DNA of 64,000 nt from Dictyostelium discoideum (Eukaryota): the NCBI GenBank assembly GCA_000004695.1, contig CM000151.3:3808001-3872000 (forward strand). The letters are read 5' to 3'. The first letter of the stretch is position 1, and every line of letters begins with the position of its first letter. The notes below the pieces were generated by a model. The model worked only from the letters and a program-made list of their open reading frames with translations. It was not told the origin of the DNA and did no database searches. Positions 1 through 16,914 of the stretch are shown here, one piece after another. Position numbers and translations under genes: made by a program.

Positions 1-2
1 TA

Positions 3-566
3 TTATGCGATTATGTTGGCGTTGATGAATTTATTAAACTCATTTCAGATGTTGACCCAGATCCAATTTACATTTGTGAAAAGATCAGTGTTTGCAAAAC
101 CAACGATAACGCAGCTGCTTCATTAGATTTAGTTCAAATTAACCCACAAAACGGTACTGTCGGTGGAACATTCACCCTCTCAATTGCTTACACTGTTACC
201 AACACCATCGCCACTGGTCAATTAGCTTTCAATATCATCGATCCAACCGGTAATGCTTTTGGTGATGCCGTTTTATTAGTTCAACAATCACCAGAACAAT
301 ACACCCAACAATTCCAATTCCAAGCTACCCCATCAGAACAAGAATCATTCCCAAATGGTTTATACACTGTCCAAGCTCTCGTTTGTGAAGGTTCATGTGG
401 TTCACCACATCCAAACACTTACACTCTTGCCAACGGTACCACCACTTTCACCATCTCTGGTGCTGATTCTTCATCAATGTCTGGTGCTGGTTCTTTCTCT
501 GGTTCTTCCCAATCAACCCAAACTGGTGCCGCCTCTGGTTCAGGTTCAGGTTTTGCTTTATTTTAA
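3..566 (+). CDS. 3' end (C-terminal ~187 aa) of a secreted saposin-like / lipid-binding protein; the gene starts upstream of the window.
   Basis: The frame is open from position 3 to a TAA at 564-566. Translation reads ...CDYVGVDEFIKLISDVDPDPIYICEKISVCK... (saposin-B-like Cys spacing) followed by a Thr/Ser/Gly-rich tail. The frame was derived by hand; the track's 355..594 ORF is in a different frame. Confidence 0.45.
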   Translation, partial: LCDYVGVDEFIKLISDVDPDPIYICEKISVCKTNDNAAASLDLVQINPQNGTVGGTFTLSIAYTVTNTIATGQLAFNIIDPTGNAFGDAVLLVQQSPEQYTQQFQFQATPSEQESFPNGLYTVQALVCEGSCGSPHPNTYTLANGTTTFTISGADSSSMSGAGSFSGSSQSTQTGAASGSGSGFALF

Positions 567-1243
567 AAAAATACTTATTAAAATAAATATTTAATTTTAT
601 AATTTTTTATTTAATTCTATAAATAACTTGGATTTTTTTATTTTTTATTTTTAAAATTAAAATTTTTTTTTTTAAAACCAATATTCCCTCTCGTTTTTTC
701 AAAAATAAAAAAAAAAAAAAAATAAAAAAAATTAAACGATTTAGATCCCCAACTCTCTATATCTAAAAAATGTTTAAAAAATTAAAAAAAACTTATTCCA
801 TAAAAAAAAAAAATTAAAAAGAAAATCATATTTTTACGAAATCTATAAAAACCGGATTTATAAATCTGTTTTTTTTTTAAACAACCAACCACCCAACTTG
901 TTATTTAAAAACAAAATTAGTTATGTTTTGATTAAAACTAAATAAAAATAAATTTTTATGTTTTAATTTAAAAATTCTTTATGTATATTTTTATTAATTG
1001 TTTTTTTATTTTTTTTTTTTTTTTTTATTTTTTTATTTTAATTCCAAGAATTAAAGTCATGACCAACCAACAAATAATTTTTTCACAATTTGGAAAAATA
1101 AAAAAAAACAGAATGGTTACACTCATTTTTTTGAGTATTTTAGAGCTCTATTTATCTACTAATTCATATTAAAAATAAATAAAATTAGATAATTTTTTTA
1201 AAAAAAAAAATATTTAAATAAAATAATATTAAAATTTGTAAAA

Positions 1244-1281
<38 letters not shown>

Positions 1282-1415
1282 GCCAAATTTAAATTTTTTA
1301 TTTTTTATTTTTTTTTTAAAAAAAAGGAGGTCAAAGAAATAATATTTCATTCAAATAATATTTCATTCAAATAATATTTCATTCAAACAAAAAAAAGAAA
1401 AATTATTTACCGATT

Positions 1416-4603
<3,188 letters not shown>

Positions 4604-4611
4604 GTATGTGT

Positions 4612-4675
<64 letters not shown>

Positions 4676-4775
4676 TAAAAATAATAGTAAAAATAATATT
4701 AATATTAATAATATCAATAATCTTTTATTTTTAATTTTTTTTTTTTTAAAAAAGAATTATTTCATTAGAATATAG

Positions 4776-7112
<2,337 letters not shown>

Positions 7113-7182
7113 AAAACAAATATGTTTGCCCCTTTATAAGGGTATCTTTAAAAAAATGGATATTTTATCGGTTTTTATTTTA

Positions 7183-7868
7183 TTAATATAATGGCATACA
7201 TGGGCTTTCATAAAAACATATAACCTTTACAAAATTTTCAAATTGTGAGGCTGATTTTATAAACTCCTCACGAGACATTCCTTTTTGATAATCTGCAATA
7301 TGACGACACGACGTAATAAAGACTGCTTAGTCAATAGCGTCATTGATTGAATAACCTAAACCTTTACCACAACATACAACTATATTAACTAATTAATCTA
7401 CCTCTTCTCTTTCAAGATAACCACTTTTATCACTATCAAACAAATCAAAAAAGATTCCTAATTAATCTAAAGTTGGCGCTTTGGCCATTAAATATAATGC
7501 TGTTATAAACTCTTTTACATCAATTACTCCATTCTATTTTTTTTTTTTTTTTTTTTTAAACCAATTTTAACAATAATTAAAAATTAATATAAATTAATAT
7601 GTATTTTTAATTATTACACTAAATACTAAAAATTACTTACACCATCAGAATCAAATAATGTAAACATTCTAACCATCGAAGCTTCATCCCAATTACTAAA
7701 ACGAACCTTGAAGAATTTGATAAACTCCTCTTGTGAAAAACCAGATTTTTTATCAGATGCTGCTGCTACTTTAAAGTCTTTAATTAATTGTTCAATATCC
7801 TCTGGAGTATATTTGGTTTTTTTAATTATTTCTTCTTTCTCCTCTTTTGATAGTTTTGAATTTCCCAT
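7183..7868 (-). pseudogene. Paralogue of the NCS/recoverin-type EF-hand gene at 8298-8995. Exon 1 (7641-7868) is intact, but exon 2 (7183-7533) carries three in-frame TAA stops and an ~11-codon insertion.
   Basis: Exon 1 is MGNSKLSKEEKEEIIKKTKYTPEDIEQL...FTLFDSDG, ending at an ACTTAC (rc GTAAGT) donor at 7635-7640. Exon 2 translates NGVIDVKEFITALYLMAKAPTLD*LGIFFDLFDSDKSGYLEREEVD*LVNIVV...AID*AVF... The stops sit where the intact copy has AAA (Lys) codons or no corresponding sequence. Confidence 0.5.
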
Positions 7869-8297
7869 GTTTTAAATGTATTGATTTTAAAAAAAAATAA
7901 AATTTTTTGAAAGTTTTAAATAACAACTTAGAAAGTTTTTTTTTGATTTGTTTTTTTTATTTTTTTTTTTCAAAAAAAACATTTAAAAAATATCTTTTCA
8001 GCAAAATTTTTTGGGTTCAGATTTTTTTTTTAATCATTTTCATTTAACTTTTTTTTTTTTTTTTTTTGGGCAACCCAAAAGTAGTTTTTAATAATTTCAT
8101 TTTGAATAATAAATGATAATAAAAAAATTATTATAAAAATAATCATAATAATAAATTTCTAAATAAATTATTATTGCATAATTTAGTTTTTTTTTTTTTT
8201 TTTTTTTTTTTTTTGAGACCATATATAAGAATATAATCTTTAACCCCATTTTTTTAATAATTAATAGTAAAATAATTTCATTTTTTTTATTATTTTT

Positions 8298-8630
8298 ATT
8301 TTAATATAATAATTGTTTGCAAGGGTTGTCATAGAAACATATCATTCTAACGAACTTGTCTGATTGAGAAGCTGATTTTACAAATTCTTCACGAGAAATT
8401 TTTATGGAAGTGATAGAATAAACAAAATCAATTGCTTCACTTGTTGTGTAACCCATTGCACTGCTACATACAACTACAATATTAACTAATTTTTCAATTT
8501 CTCCAGCTTCAAGATAACCACTTTTATCACTATCGAATAAATCAAATAAAAATCCTAATTTATCTGTAGTTGGTGCTCTTGTCATCATATAAAGAGCTGT
8601 AATAAACTCTTTAACATCAATCACACCATT
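8298..8630 (-). CDS. Recoverin/NCS-like EF-hand protein, exon 2. The full product is ~185 aa.
   Basis: The acceptor (reverse complement of ct at 8631-8632) is followed by NGVIDVKEFITALYMMTRAPTTDKLGFLFDLFDSDKSGYLEAGEIEKLVNIVVVCSSAMGYTTSEAIDFVYSITSIKISREEFVKSASQSDKFVRMICFYDNPCKQLLY*. The EF-hand loops are DSDGNGVIDVKEF and DSDKSGYLEAGE. Confidence 0.7.
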
Positions 8631-8767
8631 CTTTTTTTTTTTTTTTTTATTATTATTTTTTTTAAAATTAATAAGTTTTAAAATATATATATACATATTT
8701 TTAAATTAATAAGTTTTAAAAAACATATATTGGTTTAAATAATTTAATAATATTATAAATTACTTAC

Positions 8768-8995
8768 ACCATCAGAATCGAATAATTTGAACATTCTAAC
8801 CATTGATGCTTCATCCCATTCGTTGAAACGGATTCTGAAGAATTTGATAAATTCCTCTTGTGAAAAACCAGCTTTTTTGTCTGATGCAGCAGCAACTTTG
8901 AAATCTTTTGTTAATTGTTCAATATCACCAGAGGTATATTTGGTTTTTTTCATTATTTCATCCTTTTCTTCTTTGGATAGTTTTGAATTTCCCAT
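8768..8995 (-). CDS. N-myristoylated recoverin/neuronal-calcium-sensor-like EF-hand protein, exon 1.
   Basis: MGNSKLSKEEKDEIMKKTKYTSGDIEQLTKDFKVAAASDKKAGFSQEEFIKFFRIRFNEWDEASMVRMFKLFDSDG, with an N-terminal MGxxxS myristoylation motif. The donor GTAAGT is the reverse complement of 8762-8767. Confidence 0.7.
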
Positions 8996-9434
8996 TTTTG
9001 AATGTAATTATTTACAAAAAAAAGAAAAAAATAATGATAAATAATAATAAAAATTAATAATAAAAAAAAAAAAAATGATTTCTCTTTCCAAAAAAAAAAA
9101 AAATTCGATAAGTTGAAAAATCTAAAATATTCACCACTAAAAATAAAAAATTACAATTTTTTTTATTTGAAAATTTTTCTTCATAAAAAAAAAAAAATCG
9201 CTATCAATTTTAAAATTATTATAATTAAAAATTAATAAAAAAAGTGGAAAACTCAATAATTGACCATATTTTTTGAATCTTATAATTTAAAATTAAGAAA
9301 AAGGAAAGAAAAAAAAAAATATAAAAAAATATAAAAAAAAACCTCTTAACTGTGTGGATTGAGTTTGGTACAAAAATTAGGTTACAAACAATCCTTTTTT
9401 TTCATTATTATTGCGCCATACGTATTTATTAAAT

Positions 9435-9554
9435 TTATTCTTGAATAGCGATATCAGAGCATTGATAAAAATCTGGCTCTGGTTCTCCTGCATTATTACT
9501 TATATATCTAACTCTTAATACACAACTTTTGCAAGTTTGTGTTGGAAGGGTAAC
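9435..9554 (-). CDS. Small secreted protein, exon 2 (39 aa + stop).
   Basis: The acceptor is the reverse complement of ct at 9555-9556. The exon reads VTLPTQTCKSCVLRVRYISNNAGEPEPDFYQCSDIAIQE* with a TAA that is the reverse complement of 9435-9437. The 88-nt AT-rich intron (9555-9642) fits the local intron style. Confidence 0.55.
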   Translation of the reverse strand, partial: VTLPTQTCKSCVLRVRYISNNAGEPEPDFYQCSDIAIQE

Positions 9555-9642
9555 CTATTTTTAGATTTATTTTAATTAGTTAATTTGAAATGAAAAAAAA
9601 AAATAAAAATAAAAATAAAAATAAATATAATAGTAAACTTAC

Positions 9643-10020
9643 TGAAACACTATAATTGGTTTGAGTAACCATATCCCAAGCATTGAAATCATCAATTGTT
9701 GGACTAAGTACAATATAGTCACCATTATCGCCATCGTATGAGAGTGAAACATCTAAATAACCAGGATTTGGTTTATACCAATGATTGTAATTTTGTTGGA
9801 AGAAAACTTGGATGGTAGATTCAGGGCTATATGATTTAACTGGTGCTCCAGTTGTTGTATTACCACAATTACTACTAACTCTATAACATGCGTTGTCACC
9901 TGGTTGAATTGGAACTCCCCAATTTGGTTCTCTTTGTGGTGGATCAAATAAACATAGATGTGCTAAAGCAAAACTATTTAACTGTAAAATTATAATAATA
10001 GCAACAATATATTTTATCAT
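9643..10020 (-). CDS. Small secreted protein, exon 1: a signal peptide followed by a mature N-terminus beginning with His.
   Basis: The ATG is the reverse complement of 10018-10020. Translation: MIKYIVAIIIILQLNSFALA|HLCLFDPPQREPNWGVPIQPGDNACYRVSSNCGNTTTGAPVKSYSPESTIQVFFQQNYNHWYKPNPGYLDVSLSYDGDNGDYIVLSPTIDDFNAWDMVTQTNYSVS. A GTAAGT donor at 9642-9637 (- strand) is phase 0. The track ORF's upstream MMHSN... part is intergenic read-through. Confidence 0.6.
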
Positions 10021-10301
10021 TTTGAACAAATAATAAATAAAAAATAAAATAACTTTTTTTTTTAGTTTTTTTTTTTTTTCAGAACACAACAGAAATTTAA
10101 AAAAAAAAAAAATAAAAAAAAAAAATGAAATGGTTTTGGAAAAATCATTCGAATGCATCATTCGAATAATATCAAAAAAAAAAAATCAAAAAAAATCAAA
10201 AAAAATCAAAAAACCACTGTTTGAAAAAAAACTAAAAAACTAAAAAAAAAAAAAAAACTTTTTTTTATCATAAAACCATATACAAAAAAAAAGTATATAG
10301 A

Positions 10302-10844
10302 ATGATTAAATATTCAATTTTATTAATTTTATTCATTGGTATCCAAAGCATTTTATCATCATACAATTGTTGTGTCCCAAGTCAATGGCAAGGTTCATCA
10401 TTGAGCTATGATGATTCTGGTAGAGAGTTCACAAAGAATTATTATTATGACGCAGATAAATTATTAGTTAGAATCGATATAATTTATTCAGATGGTAGTT
10501 TTAATCAAAGTACATACAGTAGTTATGCAAGTTTAACTCAAACAGGTACAGAATGGGTAATGAATAATTTGGATGGCACTTGTTACCAAACTGGACCAGA
10601 TTTTTGGAATGCTCAATGTTTTGGTGATAAATATGGTGTTCCATTCTCTAGTTCCACCAACAAAATCAATACTTTCTCTAACCCATCCAATGGAATCACT
10701 GTTATTACCGATATATATTGTTTACCAGTTTCAATTACCAATAAACTTGCAAACCTCCAATTTAAATTTTTCAACACTCAAGCTCATGTTTCTGATGAAT
10801 CTGTGTTTAGTGCCCCACCAGCTTGTAGCAGCAGCAATAATTAA
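10302..10844 (+). CDS. Secreted ependymin-related (MERP-like) protein.
   Basis: Signal peptide MIKYSILLILFIGIQSILSS is followed by CCVPSQWQGSSLSYDD ... GTCYQTGPDFWNAQCFGDKYGVPF ... VFSAPPACSS. This matches the ependymin pattern C-x-P-x-QW-x-G ... LSYD ... conserved Cys ... F(S/T)PP(S/A)C. The ATG at 10302 is canonical. Confidence 0.6.
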   Translation: MIKYSILLILFIGIQSILSSYNCCVPSQWQGSSLSYDDSGREFTKNYYYDADKLLVRIDIIYSDGSFNQSTYSSYASLTQTGTEWVMNNLDGTCYQTGPDFWNAQCFGDKYGVPFSSSTNKINTFSNPSNGITVITDIYCLPVSITNKLANLQFKFFNTQAHVSDESVFSAPPACSSSNN

Positions 10845-11066
10845 TTAAAATTTATTAATAGCGTTCAAAATAGAAATAAAAAAAAACTGTTTTAAAAAGT
10901 GATAAAAAATAAAGAATTATTCCTTTTGGAATATTTTCTCAAACTACACTTTCTATTCATTAATGTTTTTGTTTTTTTTAACATCTTTAAAGGGAAATGA
11001 ATTATAAAAACTGAAATTATTTGGATTTGGAATAAAAAAACCTTCTATTTTAAAAATAATAATTTC

Positions 11067-11097
<31 letters not shown>

Positions 11098-11293
11098 GGT
11101 CGAATATAATTTGAAATTTGGTATATGGAAGTAAATGATATTTTTAATGACATAAGATAATTTTGTTATTAATTCTTTTAATTTTCTTTTAATTAAAAAA
11201 ATAAAAATATCGTGATATTTCCAGCAAAGCAAAACTTTTCGAAAAAAAAATATATAAATTTTTTTTTTAAAAAAAAATAGTAAACAGATTTAT

Positions 11294-11325
<32 letters not shown>

Positions 11326-12040
11326 AGAAAGAATATGAAAGAATTAAAATTATTATTTTTATTAATAATTGTTGTATTACAATATTGTATGGTAGATGGC
11401 GCAGTAATAAATTTTGTACCAGTTCTATCAGACTCAAGATAGTAGTGTTGAACAACCAAATTCATCTTCTGCATCATCCTCTTTAGAGGGCTTAAATTGT
11501 ACTGAACCATATCAATATCAATCAAAATGTTATGAAATTGCTTCCGAAGCTTATACTATAAGTTATTGTTATGATCCAAATTATAATTAATTTTATAAAA
11601 AAAACTAATAAAAAATCCATAATTTTGATATCTAAAGTTTTAGGGATTTATTTATGTTTCAGTGAGTTATTAATATATCCCTTTTTTTTTTAAAATGAAT
11701 TTTAAAAACAATTTATAATAATTTCTTATTATTTTTATTGTAATTTACTAAAAATTATTTATTTATACAAAAAAAAAAAATAAATAAACTTGTTTTATTT
11801 TAAGTATTTATTGAATGAAATGATAATAAAAAACAATCAAAATAAATATTATAATATATTATTGACTAAATATATTAATATCTGAATAAATGTTATGAAT
11901 ATAAATAAAAAAAAAAAGGTAGTAAAAATACCTTTTAATAAAATCAAAATAAAACCAAAGTATAGAACAATAAAAAAAAAAAAGTAAATTAAAACTTTGA
12001 ACCTTTTGGGTCTTTTTTATTTAAATTTAAGAAAAAAAAA

Positions 12041-12235
<195 letters not shown>

Positions 12236-12319
12236 ATTTACTATTATGTTTTTTTTTTTTTTTTAAAACTTTTCAATTTCTAGTGATATCATATTTTTGT
12301 GTTTATTTTTTATTTTTCA

Positions 12320-12356
<37 letters not shown>

Positions 12357-12359
12357 TTA

Positions 12360-12734
12360 TTAAAATAAGGTTGCAGATTTAAACTGTTTACTAATTGAAA
12401 GTGTTGGTGGTGGTGAAATTGATAGTAAACCAAGCTCAGCGCCTTGTTGGAATAGATCGCTTTCGGTGAATGCTTGGTTCATAGTTATTGGATTATGAGT
12501 ACGTATTGGAGGTGTCAATGGTTCAGAGCCATTGAAGCAATTCAATGGTGAATAGCTATGAATAAAAAGTGGGATTTTCATGTCAAGTGTTCCATCGCTA
12601 TGATTTTCGGTAATAGTATCTATGGTTTGACTTAACAAAATATTATCATTACTATTACTTTCATCCACTTTGGTGTTAATGTTATTATTATTATCATTAT
12701 TATTTGAATTATTATTATTATTATTATTATTTGA

Positions 12735-12768
<34 letters not shown>

Positions 12769-13553
12769 ATGGTAGTGATGATTTCACTACCCTTTTCACT
12801 ACCACTGATAGCTCCTTGCCCATTATTATATGAAGGCGAAATGGAAACCCTACTTTCAAAGGTATCCAAAAAACTAATTGTTTGTGGTTGGGATGATGTT
12901 GGTGTTTGCGTTTCTAATTTACATTTTAAAATATTATTGACAATATTGTTTGGTGTTATATATTCGGTGTTTATATTTTCATTATCATCGATCTGTATCT
13001 CATTGTTTCGCAAATTTGAACAGGATTCGATATTTATCGCTATTTTACTATTGTTATTGTTAACAAGTGAGTTAATGTTATTTTTACTATTTACTTTACA
13101 TGTCATTATAGTTTTATTATTATTATTATTATTATTAACTTTACTATTATTATTTAAAAAACTAACCAATTTAGGTTTGGTTGGAGTTGGTCTAATGCTA
13201 ACAAGTTGTTGTGGAGAGCTTAATGATTGTCTTATTGGTGGTTGAAAATTGTAGTCATCATTTTTGTTGTTGTTATTATTATTGTTGTTGTTGTTATTAT
13301 TATTATTACTATCTACAGAATCATCGTATATATTAAAAGAATGTAAGATGATAGTTTGAATTTCATTTCCTGCTTCCTCAAATAAACTCTCTTCAACAAA
13401 TTTTGTACAGTTGGTTGATGTTGATCTAGAGTGAGAGGGTTTCCATGGTTTGGGTGCGACAATCTTCTCCAAGTTATTATAATCTATACTTATCCCATGG
13501 TCACCCATAAAGGTACGAGGAGAAAATGACCTGTTTGGCATTATTTTGTTCAT
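12360..13553 (-). CDS. Hypothetical Asn-rich protein (397 aa) with no recognisable domain.
   Basis: A long ORF on the - strand with a canonical ATG and higher local GC than its surroundings. It contains poly-N and poly-T/S low-complexity runs. The antisense + ORFs (12670..13245 and others) are repeat artefacts. Confidence 0.45.
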
Positions 13554-13622
13554 TCCTTTATATTTTTTTGTTTTTTCTTTATTATTTTACTTCTTTATTT
13601 TATCTTTTTTTTTTTGTATTTT

Positions 13623-13653
<31 letters not shown>

Positions 13654-13753
13654 CTTATAATCTTTTTTTTTTTTTTTTTTTTTTTATTTGTTTGTTTGTT
13701 TGTTTATTTACAAAGGTTGGGAGAGTATTTAAATATTTTCTCTTTTCTTTTTT

Positions 13754-13784
<31 letters not shown>

Positions 13785-13996
13785 TTAGTTCTTGTTTCTT
13801 TAAAGTCTGGTAACAATAACGGCGAGGAAAAAAAAAAAAATAAAAAAAATAAAAAAAGAAAATAAAAAAAATAATAAAAAAAAAAAAAAAAAAAAAAAAT
13901 AAAAATAAAAATAAAAAGTTGTTTTTGATGGCACTTACATTTAATTTTTTATTTATTTTATTTAAAAACTAATATATACAATTAAAACTAAAATAA

Positions 13997-14027
<31 letters not shown>

Positions 14028-15029
14028 CCTAAGGTTTATTATTACTATACAAAAAATTTATTTACTATACATATAAAACAAATAAAACTATTATTATTAC
14101 ATAACAATATAAAAAAAAAAAAAACAAATATTTATTACATATATCATATATGTATATAATTTATATTGTACACAAAAAAAAAAAAAAAAAAAATAAAATA
14201 AATAAAAAAATAAAAATAAAAATAAAAAAAAAAATAAAGAAAAAAAAAAGAAAAATTTAATTAAAATAAAATAAAAAATTAAATAAAAAAATAAATAAAG
14301 TTGAAAAAATCTTTTTATGTTACTTTAACACACCACTCACCTTAAAAATTTTTTTTTGTGTGTAAAATTTTTAATGTTGGAGGTGTTTGCTTTGTTTTTT
14401 TATTTTTTTTTTTTTTTATTTTTAATTTTTATTTTTATTATTATAATTTTATTTTATTTTATTTTATTTTTATTTTTGCCCGAAACAATACTAATTATAA
14501 AAAGTAATAAAAAACAACAAAAAAGATGAGAACCCTTCTATTTTGGTTAGATTATATTTTTTTTTTATTATTTTATTAATAGAGTGTTCCTTTGATTGTT
14601 TGAAATTTATCCGATTTTTTATTATTTTTATATTTTTAATTTTATTTTTTTTGATTTTGTCCAAATAAATTAAAGGAAATTGGAAAATATTAAATCCTAA
14701 AAACCTACAAATTTGGATTTTAATTTAAAAAAAAATAAAAAAAAAAAAATCAGGAATAAAAATTTTTTTTTTTTTTTTTTTTTTTTGTTACTTAAAAGTA
14801 ATTAAAGTTTTTGGATGAATTCATTTCCAATAGGACATAAATTACTTCAAAATATCCATAGTAATTACTGTCTCTTCTCAAAAAGGAAATGAATTGTGCA
14901 ATTGTTTTATTTTGATTTTTGATTTTTTTATTTTTTTTCATTTTTTTATTTTATTTTTATTTTTTTTTAATTTTTTTTTTTTCAAATTAAATTTTTTTTT
15001 TTTTTTTTAAATTTCAAAAATTTTTTTTT

Positions 15030-15063
<34 letters not shown>

Positions 15064-15147
15064 CTTATTTCATAAAAATTTTTTATTACTTTTTTTTTTT
15101 TTTTCATATATTTTATTTGGGAAAAATAAATAAATAAATAAATAAAT

Positions 15148-15590
15148 ATGTCAGCTCCAGTTTTAACCACCAGTAGTGGTTCACCAATTGATAACAATTT
15201 AAACTCAATGACCGCAGGTGTTAATGGTCCAATTTTAATTCAAGATTTCACTTTAATTGATAAACTTGCTCATTTCGATCGTGAACGTATCCCAGAACGT
15301 GTTGTACATGCTAAAGGTGCTGGTGCCCATGGTTATTTCGAAGTTCCCTCAAGTGATGTACCAAAATGGTGTAAAGCTAAATTCTTAAATAAAGTTGGTA
15401 AGAGAACACCAATCTTCACCCGTTTCTCTACTGTTGGTGGTGAAAAAGGTTCATCCGATTCTGAAAGAGATCCAAGAGGTTTCGCTGTCAAATTTTATAC
15501 TGAAGAAGGTAACTTTGATATGGTCGGTAATAATACTCCAGTTTTCTTTATTCGTGATCCATCAAAATTCCCAGATTTCATTCATACACA
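15148..15590 (+). CDS. catA: Catalase A, exon 1.
   Basis: [66 protein letters not shown]... includes the catalase proximal active-site signature. A GTAAGT donor at 15591 leaves phase 2 (ca|gtaagt). Confidence 0.9.
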
Positions 15591-15671
15591 GTAAGTAAAA
15601 AAAAAATAAAAAATAATAAAAAAATAAAATAGATGCTAATATATTTTTTATTTTTTTTTTAAAAAAATTAG

Positions 15672-16719
15672 AAAACGTAATCCACAAACAAATTGTAAAG
15701 ATCCAAATATGTTTTGGGATTTTTTAGGTCAAACACCAGAATCAACACATCAAGTATCAATTTTATTCTCTGATAGAGGTACACCAAAATCATATCGTCA
15801 TATGCATGGTTTCTCATCACATACCTTAAAATTTGTTAATGCTCAAGGTAAACCATATTGGGTTAAATTACATTTCACCAGTGAAACTGGTATTCAAAAT
15901 TACACAGCTGAAGAAGCTGCCAAGATGTCAATGAACGATCCAGATTCAGCAACTCGTGATCTCTTTGAAACCATCGCCAAAGGTGGTGAACCAGCTTGGA
16001 AAGTTTCCATTCAATTGATGGAATTTGAAGATGCCTTAAAGTATCGTTTCAATCCATTCGATGTAACAAAGATTTGGTCACACAAAGACTATCCATTAAT
16101 TCAAATTGGTCGTATGGTTTTGAATCGTAATCCAGAGAATTACTTTGCTGAAGTTGAACAAGCTGCCTTCTCACCATCCCACATGGTTCCAGGTATTGAA
16201 CCATCACCAGATAAGATGTTACAAGGTCGTCTCTTCTCTTATCCAGATACTCATCGTCATCGTTTAGGTGTAAACTATCAACAAATCCCAGTCAATTGTC
16301 CATTCGCCGTAAAGGGTGGTGTTAAAAACTACCAACGTGATGGTTTCATGGCTGTCAATGGTAATGGTGGTAAAGGTCCAAACTATCAACCAAACTCTTT
16401 CGGTGGTCCAGAGCCACATCCAGAATTTGCTCAACATAAATTTGACGTCTCTGGTTTCGCTGCTCGTCAACCATACAATCATCCAAATGACGACTTTGTT
16501 CAACCAGGTGATTTATATAGACTCATGTCTGAAGATGCCAAATCTCGTTTCGTCTCTAATTTAGTCGGTCACATGTCCGGTGTCACCATCAAAGAAATTC
16601 AAGTTCGTGCCGTTTCAAACTTTTACAAGGCTGACAAAGATTTAGGTGCTCGTTTATGTAAGGGTCTTGGTATTGATGTTAATGATGTCATCAAATTCGC
16701 TGCTAGATCAAACTTGTAA
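15672..16719 (+). CDS. catA: Catalase A, exon 2. The spliced product is 496 aa.
   Basis: The acceptor ttAG is at 15670-15671, and ca+a = Gln. The exon reads ...KRNPQTNCKDPNMFWDFLGQTPESTHQVSILFSDRGTPKSYRHMHGFSSHTLKFVNAQGKPYWVKLHF..., including the RLFSYPDTHRHRLG heme-ligand region. TAA at 16717-16719. Confidence 0.9.
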
Positions 16720-16914
16720 ATCAATATATTAAAAATAATAAAAAAATAAAAAAATAAAAAAAAATAAAAAATTAAATCTCAATCTTTTTTTAATTATAAA
16801 AAAAAATAAAAAAGAAAAAAATTAAAAAAAAATAAAAAAGAAAAATTAAAAAAAAAAAACAAAAAACAAAAAACAAAAAACAAAAAACAAAAAACAAAAA
16901 AAAAAAAAAAAAAA

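Noticed and set aside
10953-11525. Three overlapping - strand ORFs (10953..11153, 11050..11232, 11193..11525).
   Set aside because: They are K- and F-rich translations of homopolymer A/T intergenic DNA with no domain content. They overlap the more plausible + strand signal-peptide ORF at 11335.
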